Assembly (NCBI GenBank): GCA_965262425.1
Contig: OZ253536.1
Span: forward strand, 4,688,115 to 4,752,114
Reading direction: 5' to 3'
Length of the DNA: 64,000 bases
Origin: Terriglobia bacterium
GTDB lineage: Bacteria > Acidobacteriota > Terriglobia > 20CM-2-55-15
Shown here: piece by piece, positions 1 through 9,048 of the stretch
Layout of the letters: each line of letters starts with the position of its first letter
How positions within the stretch are numbered: position 1 is the stretch's first letter
The notes under the pieces: generated by a model
What the model was told of the DNA's origin: nothing
The model's input: only the letters and a program-made list of their open reading frames with translations
The model's database searches: none
Program-made: the position numbers and the translations under genes

Positions 1-287
1 TCGGTCGGACGCCTACACCCGGTGCCCGGAGCCCCCGCCGGAGGCCCCGTTCCCCATCGCCCACACCAGCCGACACCGCGGAGCGCAGCCGAGGGTCAAG
101 GCCGGCGCAGCCGCCGAGCTTGCGAGGGAAGCCTTGAGGCTTGGCGAGCACCGTGGTCTCCTCAAGCGGCGATGGAAGACGGTTTTACCCACAAATTCTG
201 CGGAAGACCCCAATTTTTTACAGAAGAGGCAGAGGTCGGGAACGTCGGTCTTGAACTGGAACTTGCAGCCTGTTGTGAGTGCTCATC

Positions 288-367
288 GACGCAGAGGCGC
301 AAGACGCAGAGTTTTTTTCTTCTTTTCTCCCTGAACATCTTTTCTGCGTCTTTGCGTCTCTGCGTCG
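288..367. repeat. Palindromic extragenic element, family GACGCAGAG (copy 1). It has 2 direct GACGCAGAG-type units, a 33-nt T-rich spacer, then 3 inverted CTGCGTC units.
   Basis: Read directly in the sequence. The 3' arm ctgcgtctttgcgtctctgcgtcga is identical to the 3' arm of the copy at 15454-15478. It lies immediately 3' of the minus-strand SDR gene. Confidence 0.6.
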
Positions 368-408
368 AAAAAGAGTCGTTTTGAGATCGGGCGTGGAGAC
401 CAGGTGGA

Positions 409-1137
409 TCAGATCGCCAGCCCGCCGTCCACCTGGATGACCTGTCCGGTGATGTATGAGGCTTCTTCGGAAAGGAGAAATTTCGCTATTCGGGCGACCT
501 CGTCAACCTTGCCGAACCTTCCCATCGGAATCTGATCGAGGGCTTTTTCGCGATACTCATCCCCGAGCGTCGATGTCATGTCGGTTTCGATGAGACCGAG
601 CGCGAGTGCGTTCACGGTGATGTTCGCTTTTGCCACTTCCTTGGCCAGCGCTTTCGTGAAGCCGATCATTCCTGCCTTTGAAGCGGAATAGTTGGTTTGA
701 CCCGGCATCCCTGTCAGGCCGCTGATCGATGAAACGTTCAGTATGGCGCCGGATCGCTGCCGAAGCATCGCAATGACGGTGGGTTTGGTGAAGTTGTAAA
801 CACCCTTCAGGTTCGTATCGAGAACCGCATCCCAATCCGCTTCTTTCATTCGGACGAGTAGCTTGTCCCGGGTGATACCCGCGTTATTGACCAGGATATC
901 GATCCGCTCAAAAGATGACCGGACGCTCTTGACTACCTCGGCAGCGCGCGCACTGTCGGTTGCGTCCGCCTCGAACGCGACGATCCTGTCCCCATCGGCG
1001 ATCTCTTCGGCCAGTGCGGCGTTGTGCGCGTAGGTGAAGACCACTCGTGCGCCCGCCTCCGCCAGCGCCCCGACGATTGCCCGGCCGATCCCGCGTGTTC
1101 CGCCGGTCACAATAGCTACTTTTTCTGAAAAGGGCAT
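409..1137 (-). CDS. fabG: Short-chain dehydrogenase/reductase, 3-oxoacyl-ACP reductase (FabG)-like
   Basis: Motifs TGGTRGIGRAIV (Rossmann), NNAG, and YSASK catalytic Tyr/Lys are present. The true ATG is at 1137 (MPFSEKVAIVTGG). The ORF-track start at 1188 is an upstream extension. Confidence 0.75.
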   Translation of the reverse strand: MPFSEKVAIVTGGTRGIGRAIVGALAEAGARVVFTYAHNAALAEEIADGDRIVAFEADATDSARAAEVVKSVRSSFERIDILVNNAGITRDKLLVRMKEADWDAVLDTNLKGVYNFTKPTVIAMLRQRSGAILNVSSISGLTGMPGQTNYSASKAGMIGFTKALAKEVAKANITVNALALGLIETDMTSTLGDEYREKALDQIPMGRFGKVDEVARIAKFLLSEEASYITGQVIQVDGGLAI

Positions 1138-1163
1138 AAGGGCTGGATTGTAGCAGATACGGA

Positions 1164-1592
1164 TTATCCAAGGACCCGGACGGTGCAATCGATCAATTTC
1201 TGTCGTCGGAAGGGTTTGCTCAGAACCTCGGATGCTCCCATTCGTTTGGCGAGGGCTTCAGTATCTTCGTCCCCGTATGCTGAGACGATCAGGAATTGGG
1301 TTTCGGGTTTCTGATGCTTGACCTCCGACAACAGCTCGATCCCTGTTTTTCCAGGCATTCTCAGGTCGCTGATGATGAGATCGAAGTCGATGTCCGACAC
1401 CAGTTCGAGAGCGCCTTCAGCGTCCGCCACCATGGTTACCGAGTAACCGGCCTTTTCGAGGACTCGTTGAATGGCCCTCCGCGTTATTTCGTCGCTGGGA
1501 GAGCCGACTTCCACGATCCGTTCAATGTCCGGGTCGGACATGAATTCGTCCGGTGTCATGTTGACGAGTTGATGGGCGGCCCACTGGCGCAT
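1164..1592 (-). CDS. Single-domain response regulator (CheY-like receiver, no output domain)
   Basis: REC fold signature ...LIISDLRMPGKTG... with the phospho-acceptor Asp, ...IVSAYGD..., and ...LSKPF. It is 142 aa with no DNA-binding domain. Confidence 0.7.
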   Translation of the reverse strand: MRQWAAHQLVNMTPDEFMSDPDIERIVEVGSPSDEITRRAIQRVLEKAGYSVTMVADAEGALELVSDIDFDLIISDLRMPGKTGIELLSEVKHQKPETQFLIVSAYGDEDTEALAKRMGASEVLSKPFRRQKLIDCTVRVLG

Positions 1593-1687
1593 GCCGATCC
1601 ACCGCGTCGGAGAAACCCTGTCGCAATGCGAATTCGATCGCTTGGGTCGTCTCGATCACGTAGATCATATGCACAGCCAAAAACTAT

Positions 1688-2656
1688 TCACGTAGAAAGG
1701 ACGTCGGACAGATCGAGCAGGTCCAGATCCAGTTCTTTCTTTCTGGTCACCACTTCCGACAGAGGCGTCGACCGAACTTCGCCGTGGATCGAGCCCACCA
1801 GGCATGCGAACTCGCCGCGGTCTATGCACTCGACAGCTCCCGCTCCCAGGCGCGTCGCCAGCAATCGATCGAAGGCTGTCGGGGAACCGCCTCGCTGGAC
1901 GTGACCCAGCGTGGTCACCCGCAGGTCGAACTCCAGCTTGTCGTATTCTTTGAAGTATCGAACCAGCGTTTCCGCGTTGCAGCGCGCGCCCTCCGCCACG
2001 ACGACCAGAGCGTGCTCCTTCCCTCTCATATAGGCGGTATGAAACACCTCCGCGATGTCCTCAGGCGTGGTTTCCCTTTCGGGAATGACTACAGCTTCGG
2101 CACCCCCGGTGATTCCGGCCATCAAGGCCAGATAACCGCAATCCCTTCCCATAACCTCAACGAGGAGTCCTCTCTGGTGGGATGACGCGGTAACTTTGAG
2201 GCGATCGATCGCTTCGAGAGCGATGTTCAGGGCCGTATCCACTCCGATCGTGATGTCGGAACCATACAAGTCGTTGTCGATTGTCGATGCGACTCCGACC
2301 ACCGGAAATCCGATTTCTGACAGCGCGAAAGATCCCTGCTGAGAGCCGTTTCCACCAATGACAACCAGGGCCTCGATTGACTGCCGTCGGAGATGGCGTA
2401 ACGCTTCGACACGGCCCTGCTCGGTCGCAAATTCCGGGCTTCGCGCCGTACCCAGGAAAGTGCCGCCCAGCTGGATCATTCCGCTGACGTCCCTTGTTCC
2501 CAGTGGCCGCATCGTCCCCGTAGTCAGGCCGGCGTATCCCCTCCCGACGCCGAACACTTCCCAACCTTTGCTGATTCCGGTTCGGACGACCGCCCGGATG
2601 GCCGCATTCATACCGGGAGCATCGCCCCCGCTGGTCAAAACGCCGATTCGTTTCAT
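1688..2656 (-). CDS. pfkA: ATP-dependent 6-phosphofructokinase
   Basis: MKRIGVLTSGGDAPGMNAAIRAVV N-terminus, plus GGDGS and MGR motifs typical of PfkA. Confidence 0.9.
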   Translation of the reverse strand: MKRIGVLTSGGDAPGMNAAIRAVVRTGISKGWEVFGVGRGYAGLTTGTMRPLGTRDVSGMIQLGGTFLGTARSPEFATEQGRVEALRHLRRQSIEALVVIGGNGSQQGSFALSEIGFPVVGVASTIDNDLYGSDITIGVDTALNIALEAIDRLKVTASSHQRGLLVEVMGRDCGYLALMAGITGGAEAVVIPERETTPEDIAEVFHTAYMRGKEHALVVVAEGARCNAETLVRYFKEYDKLEFDLRVTTLGHVQRGGSPTAFDRLLATRLGAGAVECIDRGEFACLVGSIHGEVRSTPLSEVVTRKKELDLDLLDLSDVLST

Positions 2657-2863
2657 AGAGTGTTAGCTTAATAGCAAAAAGCAACAGCCAGTAGCTAAAA
2701 GCCAACAGTCACATGCGATCGGTATCCATTCCTGGCGGGTCCGCAAGGATAGGTTCTCGGCGCCGTTGGCCCTGGTGAAATTCCCCTTCCCTGGCTTGAC
2801 CCGACCCGCCAAACGACCTATCCTTAACTTCAACAAGTTTAACCCCCCAAGGAGAGTCCCAAA

Positions 2864-3316
2864 TTGGATTTTGAATTCAGCAAACCATCAAGGTATCCAG
2901 AGGATCTCATCAAACCGATGAGAGATGATCTAACTCGTCTTGGCGTACGTGAAACACGGACGCCAGAGGAGGTGGACGAAGTGGTCCAGAATGCATCCGG
3001 GACGACCATGGTCGTCGTCAATTCGGTGTGTGGCTGTGCGGCGGGTAAGGCGCGACCCGGAATTGCCATGGCGTTGCAGCACAAGGTAAAGCCGGACAAT
3101 CTGATTTCTGTTTTTGCAGGTGCGGATGTAGAGGCCACAGCGCGTGCGAGGGAACACTTCGCGGGATACGCTCCGTCGTCTCCTTCGATCGCGATCATGG
3201 AGAACGGCCAGGTGGTCTACATGCTCGAACGCCACCAGATCGAGGGGCGTGAAGCGCCCGAGATCGCTTCGCTGCTCACCGCCGCGTTCGACAAACTGTG
3301 CGCGGCGCCAGTATAA
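2864..3316 (+). CDS. Bacilliredoxin-family protein (DUF1094/YphP/YqiW-like thiol-disulfide oxidoreductase with CGC motif)
   Basis: About 150 aa with ...VVVNSVCGCAAGKARP..., matching the CGC active-site context of BrxA/BrxB. TTG start with an AAGGAGAG SD 8 nt upstream. Confidence 0.55.
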   Translation: MDFEFSKPSRYPEDLIKPMRDDLTRLGVRETRTPEEVDEVVQNASGTTMVVVNSVCGCAAGKARPGIAMALQHKVKPDNLISVFAGADVEATARAREHFAGYAPSSPSIAIMENGQVVYMLERHQIEGREAPEIASLLTAAFDKLCAAPV

Positions 3317-3327
3317 GAAGGACCTTT

Positions 3328-3409
3328 ACCGCGAAGGCACGAAGGACGCGAAGCTCGGGATTTCTTCATGCAGAAGTCCAAACCTTCGTTTGCTTCGTGC
3401 CTTCGCGGT
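3328..3409. repeat. Palindromic extragenic element, family CGAAGGCACGAAG (copy 1)
   Basis: accgcgaaggcacgaaggacgcgaag ... cttcgtttgcttcgtgccttcgcggt forms a long imperfect hairpin. It sits between the convergent brx-like and actD genes. The same arm core is found at 35392-35487 and 58105-58191. Confidence 0.6.
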
Positions 3410-3444
3410 GAATTCGAGTCTGTGGGTTCAGGTGAAGTCCGGCG

Positions 3445-3951
3445 TCAAGGGATGTTCTTGACGACCCCGGGCCCGGCGTTGCCCAAGGCTTGTTCCAGGT
3501 CGCTGATCGTCTCGTCCGGTGGATTTCGAACACCGATGAGGATCTTGCCATCGGCCACTTCTTTGTCGTAAATCTCCGTTCCTTTCCGCCCCAACCTCGC
3601 GGTAACTACAAGTGTTGCCACGGTCGCCAGAACTGCCCCCAGCATCGTCAGTTCGAATAACGGAACCATGTTGGCGTAGAGCGACACGATCGGCATCCCC
3701 CCGGTGTTCAGCGGCCATGACATCTGCGTCAGGGAGGTCAGAAGATAAGCGGTGATGAGGCCGATGGCGCCCCCGACGACGGCAATCGTCGGCATCCAGG
3801 TTTCCCGATCCCTCTGGCCGAACTCGTATTCTTCCAGCGGCTCCGAGGACACGATGGCTATCTCACGCTCCGCGAAACCGGCCGCCCGGAGGGCATTCAC
3901 AGCTCGTTGGGCGGAGTCGGGGCTCACGTACAGGGAATAAATCGCCTTCAT
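3445..3951 (-). CDS. actD: ACIII subunit ActD-like (DUF3341-type small membrane subunit)
   Basis: Start MKAIYSLYV at 3951, overlapping the actC stop as ATGA. It has two predicted TM helices and sits in the position of ActD in act clusters. Confidence 0.5.
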   Translation of the reverse strand: MKAIYSLYVSPDSAQRAVNALRAAGFAEREIAIVSSEPLEEYEFGQRDRETWMPTIAVVGGAIGLITAYLLTSLTQMSWPLNTGGMPIVSLYANMVPLFELTMLGAVLATVATLVVTARLGRKGTEIYDKEVADGKILIGVRNPPDETISDLEQALGNAGPGVVKNIP

Positions 3952-5300
3952 ACCAGTTCTCCCGCTGCCTCGGATTCCGCGACAGTCTCGGCGGCTTTTA
4001 GTTCCGGGTGGGTGCCCACCCGGAGTTCCCAGATCGAGATGATCGGGATGAACTTGCAGAATAAAATGAAGAGCAGTGCGATGGCGGCGAACGTTGCCGC
4101 CATGATCGTCAACTCCGGCCACTCCGGAGTGTAGGTTCCCCAAGAATAGGGCAGTTGTTTGTAAGACAGCGACGGAATCACGATCAGGAAACGCTCCAGC
4201 CACATGCCGACGACGATACCAATCGAGGCGATGACGGTTCCGGTAATCGTCCGGAGCCTCCGAACGCCCAGTATCACGATGGGGATTACGAAGTTTAGGG
4301 CGACCATCGTCCAGAAAAACGGCGCGTACTCGCCCGTCTGCAGTGCCCCAAAAATCCCCTGCTCGTGGGACTCGTTCCCGTACCAGACCACCAGCCGCTC
4401 GTTGAAAACGAAGTACATCCAGAGCAGGCTCATCGTCGCCATTAGCTTTCCGAGGTTCTGGAAGTGAATGAGCTTCAGGTACTCTTCCAGGTGCAGCAGC
4501 CTGCGGATCAACGCCATTGCAATGATGAGGGCCGCGATCCCGCTAAAGATGGCGCCGGTCACGAAGTAGGGGCCGAAGATCGTCGAGTGCCATCCTGGCA
4601 CGACCGCCATGGAGAAATCGAAAGAGACGACCGTGTGCACCGATACCGCAATCGGAAGGATGGCGATTGCCATGATGTGCATGGCGGCTTCCAGGCGGTG
4701 CCACTGTTTGGGAGTTCCCTGCCAGCCCAGGCTCAACAGACCGTAGATCTTGCTTCGCAGTCCCGTCGTCCGGTCCCTGATGAGTGCGAAGTCGGGAATC
4801 ATCGGCAGCGCCAGAAACAGAAGACTCGCCAGCAGGTAAGTCGAGATGGCAAAGAAGTCCCACACCAACGGCGATCTGAAGTTTGGCCACAGTCCCCGCT
4901 CGCTGGGGTACGGGATCAAAAAGAAGAAAAGCCAGACGCGGCCCAGGTGGATGAGTGGGAACATCCCGCCGATCATCAGGGCAAACGCGGTGATGGCCTC
5001 GGCCGCGCGCGTAACCGGCCGCCTCCACGTTGCGTTGCACAGTCTCAGGATGGCGGAGATCAGCGTGCCGGCATGGCTGATTCCGATCCAGAAGACGAAG
5101 TTGACGAGATAGAATCCCCAGAAGACCGGCGAGTTGATGCCTGCAACACCGATTCCCGTGTAAACCTGATAAGCCCACGTGGCGAAGCCCACCAGGACGA
5201 TGGAACCGAAAAATGCGACCGCCACGTAAAACTTCGCGGACGTGTGAAGCAAAGGATGGAGGAGATCCTCGGTCAGCTTCTTATCGGTTTTCGGATTCAT
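3948..5300 (-). CDS. actC: ACIII subunit ActC (NrfD/PsrC-family polytopic membrane quinol-interacting subunit)
   Basis: 450 aa with about 10 TM helices and NrfD-like composition. It lies immediately downstream of the FeS and Mo-like subunits. Confidence 0.7.
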   Translation of the reverse strand: MNPKTDKKLTEDLLHPLLHTSAKFYVAVAFFGSIVLVGFATWAYQVYTGIGVAGINSPVFWGFYLVNFVFWIGISHAGTLISAILRLCNATWRRPVTRAAEAITAFALMIGGMFPLIHLGRVWLFFFLIPYPSERGLWPNFRSPLVWDFFAISTYLLASLLFLALPMIPDFALIRDRTTGLRSKIYGLLSLGWQGTPKQWHRLEAAMHIMAIAILPIAVSVHTVVSFDFSMAVVPGWHSTIFGPYFVTGAIFSGIAALIIAMALIRRLLHLEEYLKLIHFQNLGKLMATMSLLWMYFVFNERLVVWYGNESHEQGIFGALQTGEYAPFFWTMVALNFVIPIVILGVRRLRTITGTVIASIGIVVGMWLERFLIVIPSLSYKQLPYSWGTYTPEWPELTIMAATFAAIALLFILFCKFIPIISIWELRVGTHPELKAAETVAESEAAGELV

Positions 5301-6021
5301 GCCACGTGTCCCGCTGGAGATATGTCACCGAAGGTTCCGTGCCGAGATCGCCGAGCAATTTGCTTCCCCGTTGCGAACGGGAAAGTCGAGAAACCTCGCT
5401 TTCCCGGTCGTTCAGATTGCCGAATACGAGAGCGTTGGAGGTGCAGGCCTGAACGCAGGCAGTTTTGACCGCTCCGTCCTGGACGGTTTCGCCGTTGGCC
5501 TTGGCCTCGATCTTGGTTTCGTTGATGCGCTGGATGCAGAAGGTGCACTTCTCCATAACCCCCACCTCGCGCACCGAAACATCCGGATTCAACTGGAGGT
5601 TGAGCGGTTTCTCCCATTCGGGGTTGAAGAAGTTGAAGAGGCGCACGTTGTAGGAGCAGGCGTTGGCGCAGTACCGGGTGCCGATGCAACGGTTGTAAAC
5701 CTGCGCGTTCAGGCCCTCCTCGGTATGATGGCTGGCGTATGTCGGACAGACCGGCTCGCAGGGCGCGTTGTCGCACTGCTGGCAGAAGACGGGCCTGAAC
5801 TTGACCTGCACATCCGGGAACTCACCTTCGAAATACCGTTCGACTCTCATCCAGTGCATCGCGCGGCCTCGTGCTGCCTCGTCCGGGCCGACGGTCGGGA
5901 TGTTGTTCTCGGCGTGGCATGCCGTCACACAGGCTTCGCAGCCCGTACACCGGTCCAGATCTACGGTCATCCCCCATCGATAGTTCGTATCTGCCTGTGG
6001 AACCTGTTCTTCCTGCATCAA
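5281..6021 (-). CDS. actB: ACIII subunit ActB2 (4Fe-4S ferredoxin-type iron-sulfur subunit, PsrB/NrfC-like)
   Basis: Multiple CxxCxxCxxxCP clusters (CTGCEACVTAC, CQQCDNAPCEPVCP, CIGTRYCANAC, CTFCIQRINE...). The start codon is 1 nt after the ActB1 stop. Confidence 0.75.
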   Translation of the reverse strand: MMQEEQVPQADTNYRWGMTVDLDRCTGCEACVTACHAENNIPTVGPDEAARGRAMHWMRVERYFEGEFPDVQVKFRPVFCQQCDNAPCEPVCPTYASHHTEEGLNAQVYNRCIGTRYCANACSYNVRLFNFFNPEWEKPLNLQLNPDVSVREVGVMEKCTFCIQRINETKIEAKANGETVQDGAVKTACVQACTSNALVFGNLNDRESEVSRLSRSQRGSKLLGDLGTEPSVTYLQRDTWHESENR

Positions 6022-6022
6022 T

Positions 6023-8257
6023 CTACCTCGAGTGCTCCGAGGGTTCCCTCAAAGCTCCTCCATACAAAATAAGTCCACCCTCTCCTTCGACCTTTTCCAC
6101 ACGGACGCGCGTTGCAGCCCACGCCAGCGCGCCGGTTTCCGGCTCTACAACCGGAGCAAGGATGCGGATCGGATTGGCGCCGCGCCCACTCGCGTACCGG
6201 GTGAAGGTCTCGTGCCCCTGACCGACCGGCATCGCAATGACATCGGGTGCGATCGCGGGTGACACGAAGGCGGGCGCTCGGACCGCGCCGTGTGCGGAGG
6301 TGACCTCGACCAGGTCGCCCTGAACGATTCCGAATCCGCCTGCCGTTTTCGGATTGATTTCAACCCAACTGCACCACATTGCCGATGACAGGACGTCCGG
6401 GAGTTCCTGGAGCCAGGGCAGATGGGCGAGCGATCCATCCAGGAAGGACTGCGAAATGAAGGGTAGAAAATGATACGGATAGTCGCCCGCGTCTCCGTCG
6501 AATTGCGCTTCCTCGAAAGCCGCGGCGCCTCGGTTCGACGTTTGGTCATCGGCCGCCTGGGCCGAGGCCTCGCTCCATATACCACCTTGAGCCTGGGCCA
6601 GCGTCCAGTTGTCGGTTGATTCGTCCGCGGCCGGCAAGGCTTCAAAAGCCAACTGCAACGCTTCCCGGTAAGTCTGCCATGGAAGTGCGGGGTCGAGCGG
6701 CGTGGCCAGGCTTCGTCCCGCTTCAAGCAGGACGTCGGGCATGCCCCGCGTATCGTGAAGCGGGCGCATGGCCGGTGGGGCGACACTTCGCACCGCCATC
6801 GCCGTTCCGGACTCGGGCTCGGAGTCGACCCAGGACTCGAGGAAAGAATGATCGGGTAGAATCAGGTCCGCCAGGTTGCTCGTCTCGTCGATAAACTGAC
6901 CAAAGCTGGCGATGTACGGGATGCTCGACAATGCCTCCATGACACCCCATGCCGGCGGCGCTCCAAAGACCGGGTTGGTGTCGTTCAACAAGAGGACCTC
7001 GATCGGCGATCCGGTGCCGTCACGGATGTCGGAGGCAATTTCTCGGAGTGAACGTCTCGAACTGTTGTCGGAACCTTCCGGGCGGGGCGTGAAGAAGATC
7101 CCGCCCGGTGTCCCGACGCTTCCGCCGAGCGCATTCAGCGCATTCACTGCCAGGGCGTGGAACAGACCGTTGGTCTGTGCCAGCGGCGGCCCGCCGATCA
7201 AGGCGATGGCGGGTCCGTTCTCGGCAAACTCTCGACCCAACCGCCGGACCTTCCGGGCATCGACTCCGGTCAGTCGCTCCACCTCTTCGGGGGTGTAGGC
7301 GGGGAGGCCGTCGGACCAGCCTTCGATCAACAGGCCGGCGCGGCCGGCATCTTCCGCCGAGGCGAATCCGGTATCCATGATGACGTGGGCCAGGCCCAAA
7401 GCCAGAACGCCCTCGGAACCGGGACGCGCCGGAACCCACTCGTCGGCGTTCGCTCCTGTCTGAGACATTCGCGACTCAACCTGGACGAACTTCGCCCGGA
7501 CTCCGGGCCGGCCCTTCCGCATCTCGCCATATGCAACGTTTTGAGAGACCGGAGAGTTCCAGGTTCCGAGAAAGTCCGCGCCGAACCCGATGACATAATT
7601 CGATCGTGCCAGGTCCGGGGTCGGGAGTTGACTGAACCCGTAGCTTGCCAGGTTTGCGCGACGAAGTACGTCCTCACCGAAGACTTCGAACGCTATCGGC
7701 GGTGGAGCGCCGAACCGATCGAGGAACCGATCCACGAGCCTTCCCCGCTGTCCACTGAGGGGACGGGTCAGGAATGCCAGCGCGTTCTGGTTGCCCGCTG
7801 CGGCGAGACCGTCCAACTGAGATACCAGTTCGGCTTGCGCTTCTTCCCACGTGATGGGGGCGAACTGTCCGGACCCACGCTCACCGGACCGTTTGAGCGG
7901 CCCGGTAATGCGATCCGGGTGGTATGTCACCTGAATGGCCGCCTGACCGCGCACGCAGAGTTTTCCCTGGCTGACCGGGTGTTCCGGGTTGCCTTCCAGT
8001 TTCTTGACCAGCCCCTTGGTGACGACGCCGGCCTGGCCGTTTCGGACGACTTCGACATCCCCTTCCATGACGCGGACGGTCAGGCCGCATCCAGCGGAAC
8101 AAAGCGGGCAGATACTGGGTTTCCAGGCCGAGATGCCCGGCACGAGATACTCGTCAGGAAGGAACCGAATCAGCTCGTTTTCCGGGTTTCCGCAACTGGC
8201 AAGTGTGGCGGTCGCGCCGGTGGCCGCGGTGATTTGAACGAATTTACGACGATCCAT
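6023..8257 (-). CDS. actB: ACIII subunit ActB1 (molybdopterin-oxidoreductase-like large subunit with Tat signal)
   Basis: MDRRKFVQITAATGATATLASCG twin-arginine signal with the ATG at 8257 preceded by GGAG. The fold is a MopB-family (molybdopterin oxidoreductase large subunit) fold. In most ACIII this is fused to the FeS domain as one ActB; here it is split. Confidence 0.75.
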   Translation of the reverse strand: MDRRKFVQITAATGATATLASCGNPENELIRFLPDEYLVPGISAWKPSICPLCSAGCGLTVRVMEGDVEVVRNGQAGVVTKGLVKKLEGNPEHPVSQGKLCVRGQAAIQVTYHPDRITGPLKRSGERGSGQFAPITWEEAQAELVSQLDGLAAAGNQNALAFLTRPLSGQRGRLVDRFLDRFGAPPPIAFEVFGEDVLRRANLASYGFSQLPTPDLARSNYVIGFGADFLGTWNSPVSQNVAYGEMRKGRPGVRAKFVQVESRMSQTGANADEWVPARPGSEGVLALGLAHVIMDTGFASAEDAGRAGLLIEGWSDGLPAYTPEEVERLTGVDARKVRRLGREFAENGPAIALIGGPPLAQTNGLFHALAVNALNALGGSVGTPGGIFFTPRPEGSDNSSRRSLREIASDIRDGTGSPIEVLLLNDTNPVFGAPPAWGVMEALSSIPYIASFGQFIDETSNLADLILPDHSFLESWVDSEPESGTAMAVRSVAPPAMRPLHDTRGMPDVLLEAGRSLATPLDPALPWQTYREALQLAFEALPAADESTDNWTLAQAQGGIWSEASAQAADDQTSNRGAAAFEEAQFDGDAGDYPYHFLPFISQSFLDGSLAHLPWLQELPDVLSSAMWCSWVEINPKTAGGFGIVQGDLVEVTSAHGAVRAPAFVSPAIAPDVIAMPVGQGHETFTRYASGRGANPIRILAPVVEPETGALAWAATRVRVEKVEGEGGLILYGGALREPSEHSR

Positions 8258-8347
8258 GGTGCTCCAAAACCGGACTCTCCTTCTTCGGGGATGGGGAGTC
8301 GCCGACCTCAAGGGGAATGGACGTGATCAAGAAATTGCTGTCCAACA

Positions 8348-8983
8348 TCAATAGTGACAGACCAGGCAGTCGTTGGACGCCCCTTCCTGCTCGTGGCACT
8401 CGATGCAGAACCGCATCGAGTGGTCCACGACCCTTTCGGCCACACTCATCGTTGCCACGTCTCCATGACAGGTGGCGCACTCGACTCCGGACCGGATGTG
8501 CGGGGCGTGGTTGAAGCGCACGTGAGCCTCTTCGTACCATCCATAAACACGCTGCCAGGGAGGCTCCTCGCTTCGGTTGTAGTATTCGGTGAGCTGCTGG
8601 ATCACCGGGCTGTCCGTGGCGATGAAGTCATGGCAGTCCATGCACATCGAAACGCCAGGAATGTGAGCGATCGGCCCCTTGTCCACCCCGTCATGACAGT
8701 CGACGCAGTTCAGCCCGGCAACTTCGAGATGGGGTTGGTGGTTATAAGCGAGGGGCTGCACCGGCTCCGGCCTAATACCGAAGAAGTGCCGGACAGCTTC
8801 GGAGATGGTACGGTGCGCCGGCGTAAAAATCGGCGAAATCTCGGCGGTTGACTGATCCGTCGCTGTCTGCCCTTTCAGCGCGCCATCCTCATTCAGAAGT
8901 CCCCAGGTCAACCCGCCCAGAACGAGGGCCGCCACGATCAAGATCGATCTCTTGTAACCTGTACTTTTGTGAACTGATTTCAT
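8348..8983 (-). CDS. actA: Pentaheme cytochrome c (ActA-like)
   Basis: Five CxxCH motifs (CVDCH, CMDCH, CATCH, CIECH, CLVCH) and an N-terminal signal anchor. It is the first gene of the act cluster. Confidence 0.75.
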   Translation of the reverse strand: MKSVHKSTGYKRSILIVAALVLGGLTWGLLNEDGALKGQTATDQSTAEISPIFTPAHRTISEAVRHFFGIRPEPVQPLAYNHQPHLEVAGLNCVDCHDGVDKGPIAHIPGVSMCMDCHDFIATDSPVIQQLTEYYNRSEEPPWQRVYGWYEEAHVRFNHAPHIRSGVECATCHGDVATMSVAERVVDHSMRFCIECHEQEGASNDCLVCHY

Positions 8984-9048
8984 ATGTTCACGATCAAAGG
9001 GTCCTGTCTGTCCGCGCCCCAGTTACGGCGATTTCCTCTCCCCATCCT

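Noticed and set aside
13-384. Edge ORFs 22..384 (+) and 13..213 (-) at the window start
   Set aside because: They are low-complexity. The plus-strand ORF runs through the GACGCAGAG palindrome. There is no homology signal. A partial gene crossing the left edge cannot be excluded.
4464-5468. Long antisense ORFs over respiratory and tRNA-synthetase genes: 4464..5468 (+), 7157..8326 (+), 32709..33965 (-), 34585..35331 (-), 44210..45436 (+)
   Set aside because: They have typical high-GC antisense open frames with biased R/G/P/D/H composition and no motifs. The sense-strand genes (actC, actB1, hisS/aspS, lon) are unambiguous.
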